DNA of 64,000 nucleotides from Auanema rhodensis (lineage: Eukaryota > Animalia > Nematoda): positions 11,222,001-11,286,000 of the forward strand of contig OZ059899.1 of NCBI GenBank assembly GCA_964057225.1, read 5' to 3'. Below are positions 12,377 through 25,600 of this stretch, in pieces. Within the stretch, counting starts at the first letter, position 1, and every line of letters starts with the position of its first letter. A program made the translations under genes and the position numbers. The notes beneath the pieces were generated by a model. That model ran no database searches, was not told the DNA's origin, and saw only the letters and a list, made by a program, of their open reading frames with translations.

Positions 12377-12450
12377 GCCGCCATAGCTCAGTCGGTTAGA
12401 GCGTGGGTCTAATAAGCCCAAGGTCGCAGGTTCGACCCCTGCTAGCGGCA
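12377..12450 (+). tRNA. tRNA-Ile(AAT), inverted copy, acceptor variant
   Basis: Full cloverleaf on the + strand. Confidence 0.92.
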
Positions 12451-13043
12451 AATATTTTTTAAATTTCTGTTTAATTGTTTAAAAGTAAGTTCAAATTTTG
12501 ATCTCAGTCATAACTTTGTTAAAGAAAAAAAAAGAATATTTCAAGAAAACAATCAAAAAATAAGTGTTCTAATTGAATAACAAGCAAACATGATACTATT
12601 TGGGGAAATCAATGTTGACTATGTCTTGTATTTTTTCATATTATAGCAATTCATTTCCTATTACGATCTATCGTTACAAAACTCATAAGAAGAATGGTCA
12701 AAGGTATTAATGTGTCTGAAAATCTAACTGCATGAAACATGACGTGACAACCAACATTGCCAACTGTTGTTCTCAATGTGTGATAGTCAAGATGTATAAT
12801 GTTAAAAATGGAAAATTTTGAAAAAGCAATAAATATAAGTTCTCTCATAGTGAAAAAAGAAATATAAAAAAGCTGTTAAAAAAACCAAGTTAATAGTGTC
12901 ATTTGTTGATGTTTTTTTCTCAGTTTCTATTTTATCAATGTTGTAAAATGCTGACCACGATCTAGTTAATGAATCGGAATTGAGAATATCTGCATTCATT
13001 CACGTTTCCTATAATCAGCGCTTTGTTATTTCGTACTTTCTTA

Positions 13044-13117
13044 GCCACCATAGCTCAGTCGGTTAGAGCGTGGGTCTAATAAGCCCAAGGTCGCAGGTTC
13101 GACCCCTGCTAGCGGCA
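13044..13117 (+). tRNA. tRNA-Ile(AAT), inverted copy with two acceptor-stem mismatches (possible pseudogene)
   Basis: GCCACCA / TAGCGGC. Confidence 0.85.
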
Positions 13118-13969
13118 AATGTTTTTTAAATTTCTGTTTAATTGTTCAAAAGTAAGTTCAAATTTTGATCTCAGTCATAACTTTGTTAAAGAAAAAAAAA
13201 AGAATATTTCAAGAAAACAATCAAAAAATAAGTGTTCTAATTGAATAACAAGCAAACATGATACTATTTGGGGGAAATCAATGTTGACTATGTCTTGTAT
13301 TTTTTCATATTATAGCAATTCATTTCCTATTACGATCTATCGTTACAAAACTCATAAGAAGAATGGTCAAAGGTATTAATGTGTCTGAAAATCTAACTGC
13401 ATGAAACATGACGTGACAACCAACATTGCCAACTGTTGTTCTCAATGTGTGATAGTCAAGATGTATAATGTTAAAAATGGAAAATTTTGAAAAAGCAATA
13501 AATATAAGTTCTCTCATAGTGAAAAAAGAAATATAAAAAAGCTGTTAAAAAAACCAAGTTAATAGTGTCATTTGTTGATGTTTTTTTCTCAGTTTCTATT
13601 AAATTTTCCATTTTTAACATTATACATCTTGACTATCACACATTGAGAACAACAGTTGGCAATGTTGGTTGTCACGTCATGTTTCATGCAGTTAGATTTT
13701 CAGACACATTAATACCTTTGACCATTCTTCTTATGAGTTTTGTAACGATAGATCGTAATAGGAAATGAATTGCTATAATATGAAAAAATACAAGACATAG
13801 TCAACATTGATTTCCCCCAAATAGTATAATGTTTGCTTGTTATTCAATTAGAACACTTATTTTTTGATTGTTTTCTTCAAATATTCTTTTTTTTTCTTTA
13901 ACAAAGTTATGACTGAGATCAAAATTTGAACTTACTTTTGAACAATTAAACAGAAATTTAAAAAATATT

Positions 13970-14043
13970 TGCCGCCAGCAGGGGTCGAACCTGCGACCTT
14001 GGGCTTATTAGACCCACGCTCTAACCGACTGAGCTATGGCGGC
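13970..14043 (-). tRNA. tRNA-Ile(AAT)
   Basis: Consensus copy. Confidence 0.95.
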
Positions 14044-14635
14044 TACGAAAGTACGGAATAACAAAGCGCTGATTATAGGAAACGTGAATGAATGCAGATA
14101 TTCTCAATTCTGATTCATTAACTAGATCGTGGTCAGCATTTTACAACATTGATAAAATAGAAACTGAGAAAAAAACATCAACAAATGACACTATTAACTT
14201 GGTTTTTTTAACAGCTTTTTTATATTTCTTTTTTCACTATGAGAGAACTTATATTTATTGCTTTTTCAAAATTTTCCATTTTTAACATTATACATCTTGA
14301 CTATCACACATTGAGAACAACAGTTGGCAATGTTGGTTGTCACGTCATGTTTCATGCAGTTAGATTTTCAGACACATTAATACCTTTGACCATTCTTCTT
14401 ATGAGTTTTGTAACGATAGATCGTAATAGGAAATGAATTGCTATAATATGAAAAAATACAAGACATAGTCAACATTGATTTCCCCAAATAGTATCCTGTT
14501 TGCTTGTTATTCAATTAGAACACTAATTTTTTGATTGTTTTCTTGAAATATTCTTTTTTTTCTTTAACAAAGTTATGACTGAGATCAAAATTTGAACTTA
14601 CTTTTGAACAATTAAACAGAAATATAAAAAATATT

Positions 14636-14709
14636 TGCCGCTAGCAGGGGTCGAACCTGCGACCTTGGGCTTATTAGACCCACGCTCTAACCGACTGAGC
14701 TATGGCGGC
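14636..14709 (-). tRNA. tRNA-Ile(AAT), acceptor variant
   Basis: 3' strand TAGCGGC. Confidence 0.9.
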
Positions 14710-15303
14710 TACGAAAGTACGAAATAACAAAGCGCTGATTATAGGAAACGTGAATGAATGCAGATATTCTCAATTCCGATTCATTAACTAGATCGTGGTC
14801 AGCATTTTACAACATTGATAAAATAGAAACTGAGAAAAAAACATCAACAAATGACACTATTCACTTGGTTTTTTTAACAGCTTTTTTATATTTCTTTTTT
14901 CGCTATGAGAGAACTTATATTTATTGCTTTTTCAAAATTTTCCATTTTTAACATTATACATCTTGACTATCACACATTGAGAACAACAGTTGGTAATGTT
15001 GGTTGTCACGTCATATTTCATGCAGTTAGATTTTCAGACACATTAATACCTTTGACTATTCTTCTTATGAGTTTTGTAACGATAGATCGTAATAGGAAAT
15101 GAATTGCTATAATATGAAAAAATACAAGACATAGTCAACATTGATTTCCCCCAAATAGTATCATGTTTGCTTGTTATTCAATTAGAACACTTATTTTTTG
15201 ATTGTTTTCTTCAAATATTCTTTTTTTTTCTTTAACAAAGTTATGACTGAGATCAAAATTTGAACTTACTTTTGAACAATTAAACAGAAATTTAAAAAAT
15301 ATT

Positions 15304-15377
15304 TGCCGCCAGCAGGGGTCGAACCTGCGACCTTGGGCTTATTAGACCCACGCTCTAACCGACTGAGCTATGGCGGC
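15304..15377 (-). tRNA. tRNA-Ile(AAT)
   Basis: Consensus copy. Confidence 0.95.
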
Positions 15378-15971
15378 TACGAAAGTACAAAATAACAAAG
15401 CGCTGATTATAGGAAACGTGAATGAATGCAGATATTCTCAATTCCGATTCATTAACTAGATCGTGGTCAGCATTTTACAACATTGATAAAATAGAAACTG
15501 AGAAAAAAACATCAACAAATGACACTATTAACTTGGTTTTTTGAACAGCTTTTTTATATTTCTTTTTTCACTATGAGAGAACTTATATTTATTGCTTTTT
15601 CAAAATTTTCCATTTTTAACATTATACATCTTGACTATCACACATTGAGAACAACAGTTGGCAATGTTGGTTGTCACGTCATATTTCATGCAGTTAGATT
15701 TTCAGACACATTAATACCTTTGACCATTCTTCTTATGAGTTTTGTAACGATAGATCGTAATAGGAAATGAATTGCTATAATATGAAAAAATACAAGACAT
15801 AGTCAACATTGATTTCCCCAAATAGTATCATGTTTGCTTGTTATTCAATTAGAACACTTTTTTTTTTGATTGTTTTCTTGAAATATTCTTTTTTTTTCTT
15901 TAACAAAGTTATGACTGAGATCAAAATTTGAACTTACTTTTGAACAATTAAACAGAAATTTAAAAAATATA

Positions 15972-16045
15972 TGCCGCCAGCAGGGGTTGAACCTGCGACC
16001 TTGGGCTTATTAGACCCACGCTCTAACCGACTGAGCTATGGCGGC
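15972..16045 (-). tRNA. tRNA-Ile(AAT), TTCAA T-loop variant
   Basis: B-box-compatible G>A change. Confidence 0.93.
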
Positions 16046-16638
16046 TACGAAAGTACGAAATAACAAAGCGCTGATTATAGGAAACGTGAATGAATGCAGA
16101 TATTCTCAATTCCGATTCATTAACTAGATCGTGGTCAGCATTTTACAACATTGATAAAATAGAAACTGAGAAAAAAACATCAACAAATGACACTATTAAC
16201 TTGGTTTTTTGAACAGCTTTTTTATATTTCTTTTTTCACTATGAGAGAACTTATATTTATTGCTTTTTCAAAATTTTCCATTTTTAACATTATACATCTT
16301 GACTATCACACATTGAGAACAACAGTTGGCAATGTTGGTTGTCACGTCATGTTTCATGCAGTTAGATTTTCAGACACATTAATACCTTTGACCATTCTTC
16401 TTATGAGTTTTGTAACGATAGATCGTAATAGGAAATGAATTGCTATAATATGAAAAAATACAAGACATAGTCAACATTGATTTCCCCAAATAGTATCATG
16501 TTTGCTTGTTATTCAATTAGAACACTTTTTTTTCGATTGTTTTCTTGAAATATTCTTTTTTTTTCTTTAACAAAGTTATGACTGAGATCAAAATTTGAAC
16601 TTACTTTTGAACAATTAAACAGAAATTTAAAAAATATA

Positions 16639-16712
16639 TGCCGCCAGCAGGGGTTGAACCTGCGACCTTGGGCTTATTAGACCCACGCTCTAACCGACTG
16701 AGCTATGGCGGC
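16639..16712 (-). tRNA. tRNA-Ile(AAT), TTCAA T-loop variant
   Basis: B-box-compatible G>A change. Confidence 0.93.
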
Positions 16713-17306
16713 TACGAAAGTACGAAATAACAAAGCGCTGATTATAGGAAACGTGAATGAATGCAGATATTCTCAATTCCGATTCATTAACTAGATCGTG
16801 GTCAGCATTTTACAACATTGATAAAATAGAAACTGAGAAAAAAACATCAACAAATGACACTATTCACTTGGTTTTTTTAACAGCTTTTTTATATTTCTTT
16901 TTTCGCTATGAGAGAACTTATATTTATTGCTTTTTCAAAATTTTCCATTTTTAACATTATACATCTTGACTATCACACATTGAGAACAACAGTTGGTAAT
17001 GTTGGTTGTCACGTCATATTTCATGCAGTTAGATTTTCAGACACATTAATACCTTTGACTATTCTTCTTATGAGTTTTGTAACGATAGATCGTAATAGGA
17101 AATGAATTGCTATAATATGAAAAAATACAAGACATAGTCAACATTGATTTCCCCCAAATAGTATCATGTTTGCTTGTTATTCAATTAGAACACTTATTTT
17201 TTGATTGTTTTCTTCAAATATTCTTTTTTTTTCTTTAACAAAGTTATGACTGAGATCAAAATTTGAACTTACTTTTGAACAATTAAACAGAAATTTAAAA
17301 AATATT

Positions 17307-17380
17307 TGCCGCCAGCAGGGGTCGAACCTGCGACCTTGGGCTTATTAGACCCACGCTCTAACCGACTGAGCTATGGCGGC
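17307..17380 (-). tRNA. tRNA-Ile(AAT)
   Basis: Consensus copy. Confidence 0.95.
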
Positions 17381-17973
17381 TACGAAAGTACGAAATAACA
17401 AAGCGCTGATTATAGGAAACGTGAATGAATGCAGATATTCTCAATTCCGATTCATTAACTAGATCGTGGTCAGCATTTTACAACATTGATAAAATAGAAA
17501 CTGAGAAAAAAACATCAACAAATGACACTATTAACTTGGTTTTTTGAACAGCTTTTTTATATTTCTTTTTTCACTATGAGAGAACTTATATTTATTGCTT
17601 TTTCAAAATTTTCCATTTTTAACATTATACATCTTGACTATCACACATTGAGAACAACAGTTGGCAATGTTGGTTGTCACGTCATATTTCATGCAGTTAG
17701 ATTTTCAGACACATTAATACCTTTGACCATTCTTCTTATGAGTTTTGTAACGATAGATCGTAATAGGAAATGAATTGCTATAATATGAAAAAATACAAGA
17801 CATAGTCAACATTGATTTCCCCAAATAGTATCATGTTTGCTTGTTATTCAATTAGAACACTTATTTTTTGATTGTTTTCTTCAAATATTCTTTTTTTTTC
17901 TTTAACAAAGTTATGACTGAGATCAAAATTTGAACTTACTTTTGAACAATTAAACAGAAATTTAAAAAATATA

Positions 17974-18047
17974 TGCCGCCAGCAGGGGTTGAACCTGCGA
18001 CCTTGGGCTTATTAGACCCACGCTCTAACCGACTGAGCTATGGCGGC
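17974..18047 (-). tRNA. tRNA-Ile(AAT), TTCAA T-loop variant
   Basis: B-box-compatible G>A change. Confidence 0.93.
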
Positions 18048-18602
18048 TACGAAAGTACGAAATAACAAAGCGCTGATTATAGGAAACGTGAATGAATGCA
18101 GATATTCTCAATTCCGATTCATTAACTAGATCGTGGTCAGCATTTTACAACATTGATAAAATAGAAACTGAGAAAAAAACATCAACAAATGACACTATTA
18201 ACTTGGTTTTTTGAACAGCTTTTTTATATTTCTTTTTTCACTATGAGAGAACTTATATTTATTGCTTTTTCAAAATTTTCCATTTTTAACATTATACATC
18301 TTGACTATCACACATTGAGAACAACAGTTGGCAATGTTGGTTGTCACGTCATGTTTCATGCAGTTAGATTTTCAGACACATTAATACCTTTGACCATTCT
18401 TCTTATGAGTTTTGTAACGATAGATCGTAATAGGAAATGAATTGCTATAATATGAAAAAATACAAGACATAGTCAACATTGATATCCCCAAATAGTATTA
18501 TGTTTGCTTGTTATTCAATTAGAACACTTATTTTTTGATTGTTTTCTTGAAATATTCTTTTTTTTTCTTTAACAAAGTTATGACTGAGATCAAAATTTAA
18601 AC

Positions 18603-19019
18603 TGTTACATACATATCTCAAAGGAAAGCAGCTGACCATGGCAGCTGCTATTATTAAACTAATGCAGATAGTTTTTAAGCAATTCTGAGAATATTCTAGA
18701 TGCACTTTTTATAAGCTTTGTAACAATTTGTGTAAACTGAGTAGGAGTTGTATGGATATATAAACCTGAGTCCTCAAGACTCAGGCATCTCATTATCTCA
18801 TTATCTTACTTTCTCTTTATCTTCTTTATATTCTCTTTCTTAACTCTAGCTTTAATCTTTGTATAATTATATTATAATGCGAACAATAAAGCTTTATATA
18901 TTTCATCTTTTGTTTCTTATTTCACCTTACATTACACACTTATATTTAAAATCATACTCATCGTCTCATAGTCTGTTTGGATATCTCAACTTGGAACCAT
19001 TGGGAATCCAAATGGAACG
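18603..19019 (+). repeat. 5' LTR, family A
   Basis: TGTTACAT...ATGGAACG; TATATAAA at 18757; AATAAA at ~18885. Confidence 0.95.
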
Positions 19020-19037
19020 TGGAGGTTCCACCGAGAT
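19020..19037 (+). promoter_or_regulatory. Primer binding site (tRNA-Gln), family A
   Basis: TGGAGGTTCCACCGAGAT, an 18-nt complement of the tRNA-Gln 3' end ATCTCGGTGGAACCTCCA. Confidence 0.9.
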
Positions 19038-19550
19038 ATACACCAACCACACAAAAATCACCTACGCCCGCACTTTCTTCAACCACACCCGCAGTAAGCT
19101 CATCCCCACCTCTACGAAACTCACCTTCATCCATTTATCATTCTACATCTGGGCATTCTCTATCTCCGTCTCTTCCATCGCAAACTAATCAAGCAAATAC
19201 TTTTGTTGCAGAAAACAAGAGAATTAACCCAAGAATGGACCCAATGGACGAAGGCGCACCACTTACGCAAACCTCGGGAAGGGCACCTGTTCCAACACCT
19301 ACAATCATCCCTCAACCAGCAGCGATTCCGTCCGCCATGCGCGATATAAAAGCTCCACGCTACGATGGAAAAACACCATTCAACCGCTATCTACTATACC
19401 TAGATGAACACTTCAACGCTACAAGAACAACTATGCCCGAACGTCTTCAAAGCATACAATTATTGCTAGAAGATGATCGAGCTTGGATGGGACCATGTCA
19501 AGAAGCGACTCTCAGAAATGATCACACCGAAAAAATAGAGAGAACGAGCA

Positions 19551-20783
19551 ATGCACCGCCTACATGGCTTGAAACAGTTACCAACGGAATCGGTACAAAG
19601 CTTTGCAACAAGATGTTCTAACGAAGCCTACTCGGCTATGGACATGAACAACGAAAGTGAGCTTAACATGCTCCGATCCACCTTCACTTGGGGACTAAGA
19701 CCCGAAATAAGCGAACATGTTAGCCGTCTAGACCCACCAAACTTTGAGGAAGCTTACGAAATGGCCTTACGAGAAGAACTCTTTATACAAAATAGACCAC
19801 CATCGTTCGTCAACAATATGGAGAAGTCGTTCAACAACCTCAACATTCGAGACTCAAAGGACAACAATCAATACCAGAGAAACGAATCTAAGGAGTTCAA
19901 AGGAACCAAACCGATGTATAATGGCAATGGCAAACCACACAACCGATATCCGGACAGATACAACAACCAATATCGGCCTCATCAACACCAATACAGGAAC
20001 CATAACTCACGATTCTCTCAAAATAAGGGATCAAGACAAAACTACTTCGACAGATCACGGAACAGAAGCCAGGAAAGACCATACTATCGAAACCGCGACC
20101 AAAACTATAGCGGACACAACAACCGGCGACAATCAAACAATCACGAACAATACCCCTCTCAATACAATCGAAGCCAATACAACAATTATAGAAGTCGCCC
20201 GCGCAGCACCTCCAATGGACCGGAACGGTATAGAGAACGCACACAGAGCCCAGGAGTACGTTTTCAAGTCAACAACGTCACGGAAAACGAAGTACCGAAC
20301 AACAAAAGAAAATCAACACCATTCCTACCCCTCTTTATCACAATTATCGCACTCATTATAAATACATGCAGTGCAGAAACAACGTACCAGTTATGCACAG
20401 GAAACAGAGGAGGAATATATGTTGAGCCGCCATCGCCAACAGCTTGCCGATCCATCGCACCAACTAATAACCATATCCAGAAGACTACAGCAGAATTGTT
20501 CATCCAAAACCTACAACCAAAAGAATGGGAAGCATGGAAATGTGCATTTGAAACTTACCAACTCTGCATTCACGACGTTTTCTTCATCAGAGAAACTAAT
20601 GTCTCACTAGCAAAAGTTTCACCAACAACACTGCAAGAATGTTCGTCAGCTATTAAAGAAAGAATATTCAACGGTACCAACCTTCAAAGAGAAGCACCAG
20701 GACTCTATGGAACTCCTTCCCACATACAACTATTACTAATGGTATATGGAAACAGGAATGCGAACAACGTACCAGATTCATAG
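19551..20783 (+). CDS. gag: Fragment: Gag C-terminal part (capsid, N/R/Q-rich NC-like region), Env signal peptide and Env N-terminus
   Basis: LRSTFTWGLRP..PPNFEEA; hydrophobic FLPLFITIIALIINTCSA then TTYQLC. Confidence 0.8.
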   Translation: MHRLHGLKQLPTESVQSFATRCSNEAYSAMDMNNESELNMLRSTFTWGLRPEISEHVSRLDPPNFEEAYEMALREELFIQNRPPSFVNNMEKSFNNLNIRDSKDNNQYQRNESKEFKGTKPMYNGNGKPHNRYPDRYNNQYRPHQHQYRNHNSRFSQNKGSRQNYFDRSRNRSQERPYYRNRDQNYSGHNNRRQSNNHEQYPSQYNRSQYNNYRSRPRSTSNGPERYRERTQSPGVRFQVNNVTENEVPNNKRKSTPFLPLFITIIALIINTCSAETTYQLCTGNRGGIYVEPPSPTACRSIAPTNNHIQKTTAELFIQNLQPKEWEAWKCAFETYQLCIHDVFFIRETNVSLAKVSPTTLQECSSAIKERIFNGTNLQREAPGLYGTPSHIQLLLMVYGNRNANNVPDS

Positions 20784-20797
20784 CTGAACGAGGACAC

Positions 20798-22636
20798 ATG
20801 ACCAGCCTACAAGACAATACAGTACTCTCAGATATATTCATAAACGACAACGGATGCACCAGTGACAAAGGACAATGCCTAACCAACAACGCTCTCATCA
20901 TATGGACCCCACCATCAGAAAAACATAGTTGCTCGTACACTTCATTAGGCTCTCACGAAGTTTTTATATCAGAAGACACCATATTGATTCCCGGAATTCA
21001 AAGTGCTTTTATTCTAAACAATAAAACACCGGAAAAAGAAGCCTCCTCATGCTTACAAAAAGAGATATTTACTACAAATAGCGGAACTCTAATCTCCTTC
21101 AACTCAACCTCAAGCTTAGGACGATCAAGAAGACACGCAATCACGGAATACCCTAAAGGATTCTTGACAGTTCATCAATACCCCTCGCTAAGATATTCAG
21201 CCAGCAAAACGGGAACTATTCTACTATATACAACCTATATTCAACGGAAAAGACTTGACATACATTACAATCTCAATAACATAACTAATATGTTACCTAA
21301 GTATATCGCAATCTTCAAATACCTAGGTATAAATTTTGATGTTATCAAAAATCGTCTTATATGGCACAAATATGAAGACGTCAACATAGCCATTCTATAC
21401 GCCCTAGGAGAAGCAGAAATAAGAGAAGCAACAAAAATCGCGATCGATAATCTATCGTATAAGGAACTTACGCATAAACTTAGCAAACGGATCACAATTA
21501 AGGATTTTAAGAAGATAATACCAACCAAAACAGGAGACTACTATGAAATCGCGAAAGAAATTGCTTACTCACTTGCGGAAATACCTACTACGTTAGCTAC
21601 AGGAGAAACAACACCATCTTTAGAAGAATACTTATATCAACTCATGCCACCAAGAAAACCAAGACTCACCAAGACACGAAACGATTTAGAACTGTACGAA
21701 CAACTAGCACAAGCAAAAATTATCCTGAACGCAATAAATAATCCGAAGAAGCTACATTCAAAAGAAGAATACGAAGCAGAAATGAAGAAATGGATCAAAT
21801 ATGAAAAAGATCTAAACTTACCACCATTACAACTGCCAAACTACACAGTTATCTTCGATGGCGACGATATATTCTACGGCTTCCGGAAAAGAAACCCTAC
21901 AAATTATAGCATTACACAAGAGGATAGTGGAAAATTTTATAATCATTATCTACCCCTTATCAGTACTCCCGGAACACGACCTTTTGCAACCACAATTAGA
22001 AGCACTTCGACCCCCCTACAAACTACTACTACAACCACTACCACGACCCCTAAGCCTACAACCATAAGGAACGTCATCACTTCGACAATCACACCCAAAA
22101 CACATATATCCACAACAACTAGACCCAAACCAACAATACCCACGTCTTCATCAACTACTACTACTACCACTACTACTACTACTACTTCTACTACTGCTAG
22201 ACCCAGATCAACAACAACCACAACACCTACAACAACCACAACTATATTCACCACTCATCGACCAACACAATCATTCTCCACCCCCCAATCTACATTCAAT
22301 ATTACTACAAACCCAATCACAATCACCTCAAGCCAGGAATACAATAGGAAAGAATCACTCACCAAGTCACTGCCTCCAAGAACCACAAAAAGATCTATCA
22401 CTACCACTCGCAGCACACCCGAAGAAATATCATCACATATTGGTAAGAAAGCCCACGTAGACTACCTTAAAGCTAAGAACGATATCGTCCAAAAATGGAA
22501 TGAACATCTTCATCAACAAGAAACGCAATCTCATCTACAATATGCCACTACCAATCTGGAAGATGATATCATACGTACGTTCGCAACAAACAGAAACAAC
22601 ATCTGCCACGTACAAAATAAACAACTACTTACCTAG
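20798..22636 (+). CDS. env: Fragment: Env ectodomain (gB-like) with furin site and Thr-rich mucin-like region
   Basis: Cys pattern shared with family B, RSRR at 21122, ICHVQN motif. Confidence 0.8.
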   Translation: MTSLQDNTVLSDIFINDNGCTSDKGQCLTNNALIIWTPPSEKHSCSYTSLGSHEVFISEDTILIPGIQSAFILNNKTPEKEASSCLQKEIFTTNSGTLISFNSTSSLGRSRRHAITEYPKGFLTVHQYPSLRYSASKTGTILLYTTYIQRKRLDIHYNLNNITNMLPKYIAIFKYLGINFDVIKNRLIWHKYEDVNIAILYALGEAEIREATKIAIDNLSYKELTHKLSKRITIKDFKKIIPTKTGDYYEIAKEIAYSLAEIPTTLATGETTPSLEEYLYQLMPPRKPRLTKTRNDLELYEQLAQAKIILNAINNPKKLHSKEEYEAEMKKWIKYEKDLNLPPLQLPNYTVIFDGDDIFYGFRKRNPTNYSITQEDSGKFYNHYLPLISTPGTRPFATTIRSTSTPLQTTTTTTTTTPKPTTIRNVITSTITPKTHISTTTRPKPTIPTSSSTTTTTTTTTTTSTTARPRSTTTTTPTTTTTIFTTHRPTQSFSTPQSTFNITTNPITITSSQEYNRKESLTKSLPPRTTKRSITTTRSTPEEISSHIGKKAHVDYLKAKNDIVQKWNEHLHQQETQSHLQYATTNLEDDIIRTFATNRNNICHVQNKQLLT

Positions 22637-22669
22637 TGGGCTATTCTTCAAATAAATCCTACTATAGGG

Positions 22670-25600
22670 ATGCGTACAATGCTACGACGACAGGATATAT
22701 CTGCAAGATTCATAAATGATAAACTAATTTATGTAATGCCATGCACACCAATTCAAATTACAAAAACATACCGCGATCACAAAGTCAACAGCACGTGTTT
22801 TCTGGAAACCCCAGTCGAAACGGAACATCACGGCCAACTGTTCATCCTACCAGGTACAAGAGACCTCACACCGATGGCACATCCCATACCATGCGGACTC
22901 ACAATCAAGGATCCCTGGAAAGAAAACGATCAATGGACTAATAATAACCAATCAATAAATGTAACATCACCAGCATACATCGACGAGTTAGGATCAATCA
23001 ACCTAGAACATATCAAGTTTAATGGAAGCAACATTTTCAACAACCTAACAGAATCAACGTTTCCTATGGCACTAGCAATATCATATGAATCCAGCTTAGC
23101 AACGCTACAGGCTACTTTACCAGGAAGAATAAAACCTGTAATCAAACAAAGATTAATTCCTAACATGAACCCTGTTACCCTAACAGCAGGAGCAGCCAGC
23201 AGCTTACTACTCAGCTACGAAAATACAAAAGAAGCTATAACTTGGAAAATGTTTGACTTTCTGTCACCAATATGGGAAAAGATTCAAACCTGGACACTAC
23301 GCGTACTTGCTATCATTGGATCAATCATCATAACAATTGGCATAATCACACTCGCCACCTGGATAATAAAAATATACGCATGTAGTTCAAGGATACCCAT
23401 CAACAATGTCAAATGGGAAGCAGAATACTTACAACCACTATCAACTGAGAACACAAGAACAGAAACATCTCATCCTTCTCCGTCCGCTCCATACGTCGAC
23501 AACCATCACAACAGCTGTCAACTCACATTGTATGATCCTTCAGCACAAATTCCTGAACACATTTATGAAGCTTATTTCCCTACAAGAATGAAGAAAGAAA
23601 ACATAAACTACATAGGAGGATCACAATTACCGTTTGTCCCGATTTCAATCCACAATCACATCTTTAAGGCACTATGGGACACGGGAGCATCAGCATCATA
23701 CATGCGAGAATCCACCTTCAAACAACTGCCCGCTGCAACGATGGTACTAAAACAAACAACAGCGATAGTCGCGAATAAATCTAAATTCTCATTTATGGGA
23801 TACACAAGGATCCTCATAACAATAGGAACAACAGAAACAGAACACAAATTTTATGTAGCAGAAGATAACTACTGTCCAGCACCAGTGTTACTTGGAATAG
23901 ACTTCATGGAAGCATTACATCAACAAGGAATTTACACCTCACTTCGACCGCTGGATAAAACAATTGTTATCGGCACAACACATGTTCCACTAGCACGAGA
24001 AACATCTCCGTGGGAACACCAGACCACAAAAGCATATGTGGTTAGCTTAGAAAACAAAACGCTGAGACCAGGAGAAACAAGAACGCTCACGCTAGAAGTA
24101 CACGATCCAGAAAGCTATGAACAGGCGTTTCTAGATTGTAAGAAACCAGGCAACAAACTCTCTTTCACGCCTACTATATTTACGCCAACTGGATACGGAG
24201 TACAAATTTACGCGACGAACATATGCAAACAGCCACTCGAAATTCAAATGAATCAAGAAATAGGGATAGCAGAAGCGATACCAAAGGACAACCAAGAAAA
24301 ATACGAAGGACAATACATACCTCCGGAAGCTCGATGGGAAGAACAACTGCCATATTTCCCAGACAATTTCATCAATGAACTTGACCTTTCAGAAGCCTGC
24401 TTCTCACAAAACGAACAACAGCAACTGAAAGAAATAATTTTACTACATAAACAAGCGTTTCTCAACGAAGATAGAAATATCGGACTCTTCCTAGGACCAA
24501 TTGAACACTCCATTCCAATCATGCCAGGAAAAACACCATCATTCAAAATTACTTATCGTATACCACTCTCCCAACAAGAAGAAGTGGAGAAACAAATAGA
24601 AGAAATGCTACAACAAAGAATCATTGAACCATCAAACTCAATGACAACTAGTCCAGTAATTTTGGTGAAGAAGAAAGACAAAACTTACAGATTTGTAACG
24701 GACTTTCGAGCTTTGAATGCAATCACTCAGAAACAAGTATATGTCATATCAAACATACAGGACATCCTAGATTTGGCCGCTGGAGCAAGGATCTTCAGCC
24801 ACTTTGATTTAGTATCTGGATTTTTCCAAATACCTCTTAAGAAGGAAGATCGTCATCGTCATCTTACAGCTTTCACAACAACAAGTGGAACTTACCAATA
24901 TTGTCGAATGCCGATGGGATTATGTGGATCACCCCATACTTTTCAAAACGCAGTACGATACCTGCAATCAATGGTTAAATGCAAGCTATTCGTATATCTA
25001 GATGATTTACTACTAATTTCTGAATCTACGACAGCACATTTAAAAGATATCGAAGAAGTTTTGGAAACAGTAACTCAAATAGGATTCAAAATAAAACTGA
25101 AGAAATGCGCATTCGCAAGAAAGGAAGTAAAATTTCTAGGATACATAGTTGGACAAGAAGGAATTAAACCCGACCCACATAAAATCAAGGCAATACAAGA
25201 TTATCCCCAACCAAAATCAACAACAGGAGTAAGAGCTTTCATGGGAGTAGTAAACTACTTCAGAAGGTTCATAAAAAACGCTGCAGGAATAGCAACACCA
25301 CTCTACAACCTCACTCGGAAAGACACTCCGTTCAAATGGACAGAAGAAGAAGAAATTGCTTTTAATACTTTGAAGAAAACATTGACTCAAGCACCTGTGT
25401 TACAAGCACCAATCCCGAAACGACCATATGTTATTGAAAGTGATGGAAGTATGATAGCAGTTGGCGCTGTACTACTTCAAGCGAAAGACGATCAAGTACC
25501 ATTACACCCAATAGCTTCTGCTAGTCGGAAACTCAACAAAGCTGAAAGGAATTATCCACCAATAGAAGTAGAAGCATTAGCTCTTACATTCGCCGTTAAA

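Larger units (their letters stand above)
11726..13600 (+). repeat. Inverted block of ~2.8 array units
   Basis: Orientation flips after ...TTAGAA (11725) and flips back at AAATTTTCC (13601). Confidence 0.93.
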
